In this document: positions 1-9,272 of the stretch, in pieces
Position numbering within the stretch: position 1 is the first letter of the stretch
How the letters are laid out: each line of letters starts with the position of its first letter
Source of the DNA: Candidatus Thorarchaeota archaeon
Lineage (GTDB): Archaea; Asgardarchaeota; Lokiarchaeia; Sigyniarchaeales; SOKP01
Reading direction: 5' to 3'
Assembly (NCBI GenBank): GCA_048882645.1
Contig: JBHLRJ010000003.1
Location: 2,409-66,408 of the forward strand
Length of the DNA: 64,000 nt
The notes under the pieces: generated by a model
Database searches by the model: none
What the model was told of the DNA's origin: nothing
The model's input: the letters and a program-made list of their open reading frames with translations, nothing else
Translations under genes and position numbers: made by a program

Positions 1-2
1 AG

Positions 3-257
3 CTGATCCTAAGAAGAGCAAAGGAACTCCATAATCTCCTCATTAGCTCTGGAAAAGTCTTTATAGTTGAGGAAGGGAAAGAATTCGTTAGAAAAATCGA
101 TAAGGAAGGAAAACAAATTACCTATTATCCTCCAACTGAAGAAGAATTCTTTTCAAAAGAAAAATTTAGAGAAATTAAAATAATTTTATGGCTAATTTAT
201 TATTTCTTTGGAGGTTTTATTAGTAAAATCATTATAACCGCCATTACTGACATATAA
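3..257 (+). CDS. partial ORF entering from the left edge (C-terminal part, unknown function)
   Basis: The frame is open from base 3 to TAA at 255-257, with no start in the window. The tail overlaps the convergent MFS gene, so the true end is uncertain. Confidence 0.2.
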   Translation: MILRRAKELHNLLISSGKVFIVEEGKEFVRKIDKEGKQITYYPPTEEEFFSKEKFREIKIILWLIYYFFGGFISKIIITAITDI

Positions 258-1483
258 CCCATAAGGATAAATAGTACTAAATAGCTCCCTAAAGCTGTAA
301 CAAATAAATTTACCCCAACAGCTCCAATAAATCCCGCAATCCCATACGCCGTAAAAACTATTCCATAGTTTGGCCCTAAATTTTTTGATCCGAAAAGATC
401 AGCTGTTGCGGTTGGAAAAAGACTAAAGTTCCCCCCAAAATTAAAATAAATCGCACATGTCATAATCAAAAAGTATATTTCATTGAAATTAGTGGTGAAG
501 TAGAATAATAACAGAATTGCTTGGAAAGAAAACATCAATAGCATAGCTTTTTGATATGTTATTAAATCAGCCATCTTACCCCACACTATACGACCTAAAC
601 CATTAAAAAGTGCTGCTAAGCTCCCTATTAGGACAAAATCGGATGTACCAATAATGTAAATGTAATTTTCAGATGCATCAACGGTTTTAGCAAACGCAGC
701 ATAAGACCCAATTACCATCAATCCAGAAATCGCACTTAATATAAAAGTTATCCATAGCATCCAAAATTGTGGTAATTTTATCATCTTATTACGTTCAAAT
801 TCTATACCTGAGATTCCACTTTCCTCAGAAGGAGGTGGCGGTATCCAACCTTCAGGTTTCCAGCCTTCAGGCGGATTACTTAACGTAAAGGCACCTACTA
901 TTACCAAAACGAGATAAATAACTCCTAAAACAATGAACATTGGTGGAATATTAGGAGCGATAGTTGCTCTAAAATTAACCGCATCAGTTTCTAGTCCTGT
1001 AGGATTCGCAAGAGCTTTAATTACAAAATTGAAAATAAACGAGCCAGCTCCGAAACCTGCCACAGCAATACCATTTATTAAACCTTTCTTGTCTGGAAAC
1101 CATTTACCTGCAGAAGCTATAGGGCACACATATCCAAAACCAATTCCTGCCCCGAAAATAACACCATAAGTTATCAACAATCCTATGAAAGTTGTCATAA
1201 ATGCTGATAATATGACGCCGCTTCCTATTAAAATACCTCCAAGTATAGCGATATTTCGAGGTCCATATTTTTGTTGTAATTTTCCTGCGAAAATCATAGT
1301 GACGGCAAACGATAACAATCCTATACCAAATATGTAAACTGTCAATTCTCTCACTTCATATAAGTATGGGCTGATAAAAATAGTAAGTGTACCCCATGAA
1401 TAAATAGTACCCAAGGCTAACTGAATCATTATCGCACCAATAACAACAATCCAACGGTTTCTAACTTTATTCTCTACAGACAT
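200..1483 (-). CDS. MFS transporter, oxalate/formate antiporter (OFA)-like
   Basis: Multiple hydrophobic segments. The N-terminal RWIVVIGAIMIQLALGTIYSWG pattern is typical of OFA-type MFS. ATG at 1483 (MSVENK) is preferred over the TTG at 1522 used by the ORF track. Confidence 0.7.
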   Translation of the reverse strand: MSVENKVRNRWIVVIGAIMIQLALGTIYSWGTLTIFISPYLYEVRELTVYIFGIGLLSFAVTMIFAGKLQQKYGPRNIAILGGILIGSGVILSAFMTTFIGLLITYGVIFGAGIGFGYVCPIASAGKWFPDKKGLINGIAVAGFGAGSFIFNFVIKALANPTGLETDAVNFRATIAPNIPPMFIVLGVIYLVLVIVGAFTLSNPPEGWKPEGWIPPPPSEESGISGIEFERNKMIKLPQFWMLWITFILSAISGLMVIGSYAAFAKTVDASENYIYIIGTSDFVLIGSLAALFNGLGRIVWGKMADLITYQKAMLLMFSFQAILLLFYFTTNFNEIYFLIMTCAIYFNFGGNFSLFPTATADLFGSKNLGPNYGIVFTAYGIAGFIGAVGVNLFVTALGSYLVLFILMGYMSVMAVIMILLIKPPKK

Positions 1484-1651
1484 TATTATATCAATCTTAC
1501 GTATTACTAGTATTTTATTCAAATTATTTGAAGGTTAAAAAATTACTATTAATAATTTAGAAAAAAAAAGCTAATTTGTATACCTTCTTAATAATTGCTT
1601 TATATGGTTTATTTATTTTTTCTTAAAAAAATCCTAGCTGAGGAAAATATT

Positions 1652-2653
1652 CTATTTCTCTTCAAATTTTTTCATAATCTCTTGTCTTCGCTTCTCTAAT
1701 CGTTGCATTCTGTTAATCTCTTGCTCACGAAGTTCTGGTTTTAAATATTTCAAGTCATCCATAACTTTCATGGCACCTTCTTGCATTCTCGAAAGCACTT
1801 TTTGTTTCTCTTCTGGATCTAGTTGATATAACATTTTATAATATCTTTCCATACTCTCTTCAGGATCTTGAGGGATTCTTCCAGACAATAATCCTCCTTC
1901 TACTTTAAGAGTTATACCAGTAATAAAACTGCTTGCATCTTCAGCTAGAAACAATGCTGCTTGGGCTATATCTTCTGGTAATCCTGCACGCCTAATAGGT
2001 TGCAAGTTTGCTAGATTTTCTTCCATTAGTTCCCCAAATTTTACAGCTGCTTTGGGTGATAAACCATAAGCTTGACCAAAGATACCTGTCATAATACCTC
2101 CAGGCGCAATTGCATTTGCTCTTATTCCGAAAGCTCCCAATTCTACAGCAGCGATTCTCGTAAGCTGGACAATTCCTGCTTTAGAAAGTGAATAAGGTAA
2201 TGTACCCATCCCATGTTGAAAAGCCGCGACTGAACTAGTAGTTATGAAACACCCTGAACCTTGTTCTTTCATGATTGGAATCGAGTATTTCATACATAAG
2301 AAAGCGGCACGTAGATGGATAGCTACAGTATGATCAAACTCCTCAGTGGGAACCTCCTCAATTGCACCAACAGGACCAGGATTACCAGCATTTGAAAAGA
2401 CTATATCAAGTCGTCCAAATTTTTTAATAACAAGATCAATAGCTTTTTTTATATCAACCTCTTGAGATACATCTGTATGAATGTAAACTGCGTTAGGACC
2501 AAGTTCACTCGCAATTTTTTTTCCCATTTCATCCCATATGTCGGCTAATATGACCCCTTTACATCCTTCTTCAATGAACAGCTTCGATGTTGCTCTTCCT
2601 ATTCCACCAGCTGCTCCTGTTATTAAGGCTACTTTATTATCTAATTTTCCCAT
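1652..2653 (-). CDS. short-chain dehydrogenase/reductase (SDR) with a ~75-aa helical C-terminal extension
   Basis: TGAAGGIGRAT Rossmann motif, NAG motif and YSLSKAG (YxxxK) catalytic motif. Tandem paralogue of 2736-3731. Confidence 0.85.
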   Translation of the reverse strand: MGKLDNKVALITGAAGGIGRATSKLFIEEGCKGVILADIWDEMGKKIASELGPNAVYIHTDVSQEVDIKKAIDLVIKKFGRLDIVFSNAGNPGPVGAIEEVPTEEFDHTVAIHLRAAFLCMKYSIPIMKEQGSGCFITTSSVAAFQHGMGTLPYSLSKAGIVQLTRIAAVELGAFGIRANAIAPGGIMTGIFGQAYGLSPKAAVKFGELMEENLANLQPIRRAGLPEDIAQAALFLAEDASSFITGITLKVEGGLLSGRIPQDPEESMERYYKMLYQLDPEEKQKVLSRMQEGAMKVMDDLKYLKPELREQEINRMQRLEKRRQEIMKKFEEK

Positions 2654-2735
2654 AGTTCAACAAAATGAATGATTTTTTAATACTTTGATGATTAAAAAGA
2701 AGGTTGAATAGAATTCTAGATCGATTTATCTCAAT

Positions 2736-3731
2736 TTATTTTTCTAGATTCAAGACTCTATTCCTTATTTTAGCTAATTTCATCATTCTTTTTATTTCCT
2801 TATCCCGAATTTTTGGCTTTAAATATTTCATTCTTTCCAGTGTTTTCTGAGCTCCTTCCTCTGCCATGTCTGCTATTATCTTTTGATCTTCCGAATCCAA
2901 CTGACTAATCATATTAAACCATCTTTCTGTAGATTCTTCAGGATCTTGAGGGATTCTTCCAGATAACAGTCCTCCATCTACTTTAAGAGTTATTCCAGTA
3001 ATAAAACTACTAGAATTACTTGCTAAAAATAAAGCCGCTTGAGCAATATCTACTGGCAAACCGGAACGCCTAATTGCTTGATCTCCAGAAATAGAATCTT
3101 TCATTAATTTACCCAGTTTTTCAGCTCCTTCACGAGATAACCCCATGCCCTGTCCAAAGATTCCAGTAGCTATAAAACCCGGTGCAATTGCATTGGCTCT
3201 AATTCCATAAGCTCCTAATTCCACAGCGGCAAGACGTGCAAGATGGATTAATCCTGCTTTCGAAATTGAATAGGCTAATCCTCCCATTCCCTGTTGAAAA
3301 CCCGCCACAGAACTTGTAAATATAAAGCATCCTGAACCTTGTTTTTTCATGATTAGTATTGAATGTTTCATAAATAAAAATGCAGCTCGAAGATGGATAG
3401 CAATTGTTTGATCAAATTCATCTGTAGGGATTTCTTCAATTACTCCTCCAGGGCCAGGATTTCCTGCATTTGAAAATACAATGTCAAGCCTTCCAAACTT
3501 TTCAACAGTTATCTCAATAACTTTTATGATGTCATTTTCCTGAGACACATCTGCATGGATATATAATGCATTTGGACCAAGTTCTTTAGCAGTTTTTTCA
3601 CCCATCTCATCCCAAATATCTACCATTACAACACCCTTAGCTCCTTCTTGAATAAAAAGTTTTGATGTTGCTCTACCTATACCGCCAGCAGCACCTGTTA
3701 TAAGTGCCACTTTCCCATCTAATTTTCCCAT
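2736..3731 (-). CDS. short-chain dehydrogenase/reductase (SDR), tandem paralogue
   Basis: TGAAGGIGRAT, NAG and YSISKAG motifs. Roughly two thirds of residues are identical to 1652-2653 by eye, including the C-terminal extension (PQDPEES.ER ... KYLKP). Confidence 0.85.
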   Translation of the reverse strand: MGKLDGKVALITGAAGGIGRATSKLFIQEGAKGVVMVDIWDEMGEKTAKELGPNALYIHADVSQENDIIKVIEITVEKFGRLDIVFSNAGNPGPGGVIEEIPTDEFDQTIAIHLRAAFLFMKHSILIMKKQGSGCFIFTSSVAGFQQGMGGLAYSISKAGLIHLARLAAVELGAYGIRANAIAPGFIATGIFGQGMGLSREGAEKLGKLMKDSISGDQAIRRSGLPVDIAQAALFLASNSSSFITGITLKVDGGLLSGRIPQDPEESTERWFNMISQLDSEDQKIIADMAEEGAQKTLERMKYLKPKIRDKEIKRMMKLAKIRNRVLNLEK

Positions 3732-3821
3732 AGTTTACAAAAAATGAATAATCAATTAATATTTTAATCATAAGACTACATTTGTTATAAGAATATTAGA
3801 TGGCATTTATTATCAAAATAT

Positions 3822-4460
3822 ATGGATTCAGAGAATAAAGATAATTCGACTAAATTAGATAAACGAGAAAAGATTCAGTTTTTTGATCTCTTTTTTGGCA
3901 TATTTAATATATTTGTAATGGTGATCATGATACTATTAACACAAAAAAATTTATTACTCATAATTTTAGCCTATAGTTTTACCGTGTTAATGTTAATTGG
4001 ATTATTTATGACTTATAAGGTACGAAATCCGTTTTATATATATTTTGTGTACGGTCCATTGCTCTGTGGTGCTTTTTATGCATTGCCCAGGCTAATATTA
4101 ATTCCATTGGAGAATTTTAGTGCTGGAATCTTCGATTATATTATTTTCATTTGTGCTATTCTAGAAATTGGATATCTTATACAAATCACTAAAAATTCAA
4201 CCTTTCTGGAAAATTTTGGACGGATCGCAAATATTGGATATTCTTGGAGGACTGGAAGAGCACAATATGACGCTACCCTTCAATATGCTATTATGGATCC
4301 AGAAGCACTGCAGAAACAGCAAGAGCAAGCTCTCGAACAGGAATTAAGAGAGAAGCGCAAAAAAAAAGATTACAACAAGAGATTTCAAAGAAATTCTATT
4401 ATTGCAATATGTGTTATCTGTGTTATTGGATTTTACATATCTTATCTAATAGGACTTTAA
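3822..4460 (+). CDS. membrane protein, unknown function
   Basis: Several hydrophobic helices, then a charged coiled-coil-like segment (QKQQEQALEQELREKRKKK) and a final TM helix. Confidence 0.5.
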   Translation: MDSENKDNSTKLDKREKIQFFDLFFGIFNIFVMVIMILLTQKNLLLIILAYSFTVLMLIGLFMTYKVRNPFYIYFVYGPLLCGAFYALPRLILIPLENFSAGIFDYIIFICAILEIGYLIQITKNSTFLENFGRIANIGYSWRTGRAQYDATLQYAIMDPEALQKQQEQALEQELREKRKKKDYNKRFQRNSIIAICVICVIGFYISYLIGL

Positions 4461-4614
4461 GAAACAATTGATATACTTAATTCGGGATTTTTTAATTTTA
4501 GCTCATTTGGCTTCCATCTCTTTAAAAATGTAAGTTTATAATTACTACCATATTACTGTATTAAATTATCAAATTTATAACCCATTACTTTTCATTTCAC
4601 AAGTTGCTAACATA

Positions 4615-4797
4615 ATGAAATATAAATTTACGATAAATTATCTAACGTTTGTAGTAAGCACCGCTCTGTATGTTTTAACGAGTTATATCGCAGCTGATTC
4701 TAAAGAAATGTTTTACTCTCTTTTAACTTTTGGATTGATGATAATAATGTTCATATTTTTATGTGTTCTTGTATTCTTTTTTGATGCTAGAAAATAA
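4615..4797 (+). CDS. small membrane protein (hypothetical)
   Basis: 60-aa ORF with two hydrophobic helices; no homology recognised. Confidence 0.3.
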   Translation: MKYKFTINYLTFVVSTALYVLTSYIAADSKEMFYSLLTFGLMIIMFIFLCVLVFFFDARK

Positions 4798-5125
4798 TGA
4801 ATGAATAATCGTTAGTGTCATCACTTTTTCCGAGTACTTCGTGCTAATTTTTTTAAAAATTTATATGATTCTGGCGTAAGTATATTCTTTTTTATCTTTT
4901 TATGATACACCTTGAACCGAGAAAGTGAGAAAGAAGTATATCATTATTTCTTGTATTCCCACCATAATCTTTATATTCTTTAATTTTCTTGTCATAATGG
5001 ATTAAATTTGGAAATCCAGTTTAATTAAATCATATCACTTTGGTAAAATATAATAGCAAAATAATTAATATAAAGCAAAAATGAATTAATAGTAAATATA
5101 CAATAATAAATCAATTTGGTGTAAA

Positions 5126-7051
5126 ATGCCCGATTTTAAAAATTGGTTCAAAAAAATCAACCTTCCAATAACCTATGATTCTACGGTTGAAGATGTGATT
5201 GAAACAAATTCTCAGCTGATAGATTTTAAAGTATTTGATGAATTTTTCCTCAGAGATGAAGGAATTACCATTAATAATTTTTTTAAGCTCCTCATTGAAG
5301 AAATTCTCAAATCGAGCCCCGACACTTTAGCATTGTTTAAAGATTTAAGTGTAATAAATCCTGAATTACTCACTAATATTAACAGAAAATGTGTTATTGC
5401 TAGCTATGACGTGGTAGATATAGAAACCGCGTTTGATGAGTTAGTCAATACAAAATTATTGGAAAAAAAAGCAGAAAGTGAATCGGAATATGAATATTTC
5501 ATTGACAGGGTTCAATTAGAGTATGCAATAATAGCAGAAAAAAAAACTCATGAAAAAGCGCTAAAATACTATGAAACTAAGAAAAAAGTACTTGGTGAGG
5601 ATAGAAATGATCTGGTTGAAGTTCTATTTCATAAGGCGGTAATTAACCCTAATGAAGAGTTAGTTTCTGAGTTTATTCAAATTATGGGTAAACTTAGCAT
5701 AATGGATTATGGATATGGAAATTTAGTCAATGTGGGGAAACTTTTACTTACTCTCGATGATAAATACAGTGCTCCAATTCAAGTTAGAATGGGAAATATT
5801 TATTCCGATTTAGGATACTTTAGAGAAGGAGAAAAGCAATATAAGGATGCTTTAGAGTCTTATAATAGGTTAGCAAAAAAATATTATAAGATCTATTTAC
5901 CTTATATTGCTGCTACTCAGAAAGCCCTTGGTAAACTTTATGTCGATCTAAAAAGATTTGAGGAAGCTGAAAAGGTTTTTCTCGAGATACTGGAGGTTTA
6001 TAAAGAATTAGAAGAAAAGTTTTATGATGTCCATTCAACTGATATTGATCCTGAAGGTGAAGTCCCCGAGGCCGACTTCCATACCAAAGCTATCGAAATC
6101 GATGATTTTGAGGATCCTGAGAGTTTATGTCAAGATGCGTTAAATGCCTACAATGAAGTAGCTCAAAAATATTATGACGTGTACTTACCTGATGTAACAA
6201 GAACCCAATCTTATTTTGGAAACATATGGTTTGATACAAAACTTTTAGAAGAAACTGGAAAGAAATCTCCTGAGTCTTTAAACTATCCCAAATTATTAGC
6301 AAAATTGAGTTATGATTCACATTTAGCTGACATTGCCACAACTCAAAATAATCTTGCGTTGATTTATCGTGAAATGGGGAGATTTGCTGAAGCAGAAAAA
6401 AGGCATCTTGAAGCCTTAAAAATTAGAAAAAAATTATTTGAGCAATACATCCAGAAAGAATCTCCAAATCTTGCTTTAACAATGATTGATCTTGGGGATC
6501 TCTATGTGATGTCATTTAGGTATGATGAGGCTGAGCCATTGTACCGAGATGCTTTACAAATCGCAAAGAATTTAGCCCTCCAAAATCCTGAGATGTATTT
6601 AGTTCCTGTGGCTAATCTTCAGAACAAAATTGGCAATGTAAATGTAAATACGCAAGATTATGAAGAAGCAGAACCTATGTATCTAGACGCCCTCGAAGTC
6701 TATAAGAAATTAGCGAAAAGATTTCCTAAAATTTATTTAGCTCATGTTGCAATAATCCAAAATAACCTTGGTAATCTGTATATACATTCAAGAGAATTAG
6801 ATAAAGCTCAAGAATACCTTAATGCCGCACTAAAGTCTGATCCTAACAATGATGATGTTTTATATAGCCATGCATGCCTTGAATCCCTTAAAAATAACAA
6901 GGAAAAAGCATTAGAATTTTTATCTAAAGCAATAGAAGTTAATAAAAAAGTAGCTGAATGGGCTCTGATGGATAATTATTTCGAAAGTATTAAGGATTTA
7001 AAAGAATTTAAGGAATTAACTGGTCAAGAGATTAAAACTACACAGGAATAA
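5126..7051 (+). CDS. TPR repeat protein (kinesin-light-chain-like TPR units) with an unknown N-terminal domain
   Basis: Repeated units of the type NLALIYREMGRFAEAEKRHLEALKIRKKL and LGNLYIHSRELDKAQEYLNAALK. Confidence 0.75.
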   Translation: MPDFKNWFKKINLPITYDSTVEDVIETNSQLIDFKVFDEFFLRDEGITINNFFKLLIEEILKSSPDTLALFKDLSVINPELLTNINRKCVIASYDVVDIETAFDELVNTKLLEKKAESESEYEYFIDRVQLEYAIIAEKKTHEKALKYYETKKKVLGEDRNDLVEVLFHKAVINPNEELVSEFIQIMGKLSIMDYGYGNLVNVGKLLLTLDDKYSAPIQVRMGNIYSDLGYFREGEKQYKDALESYNRLAKKYYKIYLPYIAATQKALGKLYVDLKRFEEAEKVFLEILEVYKELEEKFYDVHSTDIDPEGEVPEADFHTKAIEIDDFEDPESLCQDALNAYNEVAQKYYDVYLPDVTRTQSYFGNIWFDTKLLEETGKKSPESLNYPKLLAKLSYDSHLADIATTQNNLALIYREMGRFAEAEKRHLEALKIRKKLFEQYIQKESPNLALTMIDLGDLYVMSFRYDEAEPLYRDALQIAKNLALQNPEMYLVPVANLQNKIGNVNVNTQDYEEAEPMYLDALEVYKKLAKRFPKIYLAHVAIIQNNLGNLYIHSRELDKAQEYLNAALKSDPNNDDVLYSHACLESLKNNKEKALEFLSKAIEVNKKVAEWALMDNYFESIKDLKEFKELTGQEIKTTQE

Positions 7052-7091
7052 GAATAAAAAGTATATAACATTAATATTTGAGCGAAAAAAG

Positions 7092-7817
7092 ATGCAAGAT
7101 TTAAAAAAATGGTTTACGAAAGCAAAACTACTTTTGAAATTAGAAAGAAAACCTTTAACATGGGCTGGAAATTCAGATATTTTTCAATTATCAATTGCTA
7201 CAAAAGGATCGAAAAATAAACGAGAGATTTTTCGATTGTTTCCTGGAGATGAAGAAAATGAAGTGAGAGTAGTCGATGTTGATCCTGAAAAGCAACAGTT
7301 AATATTACTGGTAAATGAACCTTCCCGTGAATTTGTTACTGAAGAATGGAATTTCACAACTAAAAGGATGGAAGAGGTTAAACATAGAACTCCCGGTTTC
7401 ACCAGAAGATATTTATTAGGAATGGACGAAGCTCATTTATTCATTGCTGAGTTACCGCAAGAAGGAGCTATTAATAAAATAAAAGAGGCACATGAAATTC
7501 TCAAACCGGAATATGTAATTAAAAGTGAAAAAGAAACTAAAAGAATTAAAAGACAAGGGGAATGGTTTTTTATCCCTGTTACTACAAAAGAACAGAATTT
7601 AATCGAAGAAAATGAAAATTTCATTAAGAAAAAACAACCAATCGGGGGAGCAAATCCTCATATTGCTGATCTACTAATAAGAATTGATGATGAGATATAT
7701 GTAAAAGGAAAAGTTAAACACGTCGAACATCGAACGTTGAAATTAAATGGTTGGTTTAGAGTTCTAAGGAACACTGAAGTAACAAGTCGAACTAGAGTCC
7801 TTGGTTGGATAGATTAA
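7092..7817 (+). CDS. hypothetical protein
   Basis: 241-aa ORF lying 40 bp after the TPR gene; no family recognised. It shares the N-terminal M-x-D-x-K-x-W-F-x-K motif with 5126-7051. Confidence 0.5.
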   Translation: MQDLKKWFTKAKLLLKLERKPLTWAGNSDIFQLSIATKGSKNKREIFRLFPGDEENEVRVVDVDPEKQQLILLVNEPSREFVTEEWNFTTKRMEEVKHRTPGFTRRYLLGMDEAHLFIAELPQEGAINKIKEAHEILKPEYVIKSEKETKRIKRQGEWFFIPVTTKEQNLIEENENFIKKKQPIGGANPHIADLLIRIDDEIYVKGKVKHVEHRTLKLNGWFRVLRNTEVTSRTRVLGWID

Positions 7818-7843
7818 ATATATAACAGTACCCTGACTTTAGG

Positions 7844-8275
7844 ATGAAAAAAATCATTAAAGAATTCAAAAATAAATATTTCTTTCTCTCAAACTTTTTT
7901 CCCGTTAAAATTAAGATAGATGGAGTAGAATATAGATCTTCAGAACATTATTTTCAAGCAATGAAATTTACCGATCCCATAATTCAAAAACATATAATTA
8001 ATGCCCCTAGTGCTTCAGTTGCCAAAAAAATGGCTAAGAAGTATAATCGACGAGAAGATTGGTATGAAATCAGTTTGGATGTAATGGAGAAAGCATTAAG
8101 AACAAAGTTTGCCATACCCGAATTGCGCGATAAATTACTTGCTACAGATAATATGTATCTCCAAGAGGGTAATCGATGGAACGATACTTTTTGGGGTGTT
8201 GATTTACGTACAAGGAGAGGAAAAAATCATTTGGGTAGATTGTTAATTAAAATCAGGTCTGAATTAAAGAAATAA
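7844..8275 (+). CDS. NADAR (YbiA/DUF1768) family protein
   Basis: F..FS.F.P...IDG..Y.S.EHYFQAMKF motif and the C-terminal W..D.FWG......G.N.LG.LL pattern characteristic of NADAR domains (recalled, not searched). Confidence 0.75.
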   Translation: MKKIIKEFKNKYFFLSNFFPVKIKIDGVEYRSSEHYFQAMKFTDPIIQKHIINAPSASVAKKMAKKYNRREDWYEISLDVMEKALRTKFAIPELRDKLLATDNMYLQEGNRWNDTFWGVDLRTRRGKNHLGRLLIKIRSELKK

Positions 8276-8281
8276 AGATCA

Positions 8282-9178
8282 TTAATGCAGAGGTGGCTTC
8301 TTATTAAAAAAAGTTCGATAACAGTTACAACATGGGATCCCAAGAACAATCTTATTGGAATAATATTTATCGAAATCTTCGGAAATTAATTCTATTAATT
8401 GATTTTTAAGTTTAATATCTTTCTTCTTTTTGCTAAAATAAAAATTTAGAAGATAGTTAGTGTGGTTGTTTATTTTACAAAAAGGGCATCTTGAAAAATA
8501 CTCGATAAATCTATCACATAACCTTTTGGCTTTGCCATTAAGTGATTGGTATCGCTGGTCTAACACCTCTACGGGATAACGATTATTCCCTAACAATTGG
8601 CTAACGATATCTTCCACACTTTCTCTAATTGGTTCAACTTGCTCATAACTCACTCTTTTTGATGTACGAGAATATAATATGTTAGTAACTAATTGTTTAA
8701 TAATACAATCCTTTTTACTTTCTTCATAGATATTTGTTGAGTAATATGTAATGATTCCCTTATTCCTCACAAATTCGTTAATCTCCTCTGAATTTACTTC
8801 TGGTTCAAGATCACTTTTAGTGCCGATTAAGATTGTAGGGATATTCCCATTAATTTTTCTTATCAATTTTATCCATGCATCAAGATCTTCAAAAGTCTGG
8901 TGACGAGAAAGGTCAAAAAATAACAATGTTCCTGCAGAACCCTTAAAAAACGAAGGATAAAACAATGGTATTCGAACTCGTTGACCTATTTCCCAAGTAG
9001 CACACCTGCATAGATCACCATTATCTAAAAAACTGTCTACTACATCAAAATCTATCCCAAAATGCCGCATTGTATTAAATCCTCCACTTCTAGTATCTAT
9101 AGTACCTCTGATAAAGGTTGTTTTTCCCACATAGGACGATCCCACCACTGTAATTTTGATCCGCCAACTTGCAGACAT
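8282..9178 (-). CDS. Ras/Rab-like small GTPase with a C-terminal Cys-rich (zinc-ribbon-like) domain
   Basis: G1 GSSYVGKT, G3 WEIGQ, G4 TKSD. C-terminal SRCPFC..NH...GIPCCNC. GGAGAGG SD-like run before the ATG. Confidence 0.75.
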   Translation of the reverse strand: MSASWRIKITVVGSSYVGKTTFIRGTIDTRSGGFNTMRHFGIDFDVVDSFLDNGDLCRCATWEIGQRVRIPLFYPSFFKGSAGTLLFFDLSRHQTFEDLDAWIKLIRKINGNIPTILIGTKSDLEPEVNSEEINEFVRNKGIITYYSTNIYEESKKDCIIKQLVTNILYSRTSKRVSYEQVEPIRESVEDIVSQLLGNNRYPVEVLDQRYQSLNGKAKRLCDRFIEYFSRCPFCKINNHTNYLLNFYFSKKKKDIKLKNQLIELISEDFDKYYSNKIVLGIPCCNCYRTFFNKKPPLH

Positions 9179-9272
9179 GTCCTTACCTCTCCTTCAATAG
9201 TGATTAGAATTAGTTAAATAATGAATAAAAAAATATATTTCTAGAAATTGATTCAGTTCTAGAGTTCTCATT

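Noticed and set aside
933-1169. Antisense ORF inside the MFS transporter gene, and similar track ORFs (6090-6341, 7184-7402, 7433-7624, 18696-18893, 22565-22771, 23390-23608, 30971-31210, 32812-33030, 37111-37437, 38143-38328, 40610-40921, 44367-44612, 50217-50811 set, 52168-52437, 54040-54333, 55598-55786, 57503-57823, 58337-58528, 60247-60438, 61423-61704)
   Set aside because: All lie within, or opposite to, longer ORFs with recognisable domains, and none has motifs of its own.
8282-8340. CCNC near the C-terminus of the GTPases read as a Rab-like CC/CxC prenylation signal
   Set aside because: The Cys cluster is 12-14 residues from the C-terminus and pairs with an upstream CPxC...H. It therefore fits a zinc-binding module rather than a terminal prenylation motif.
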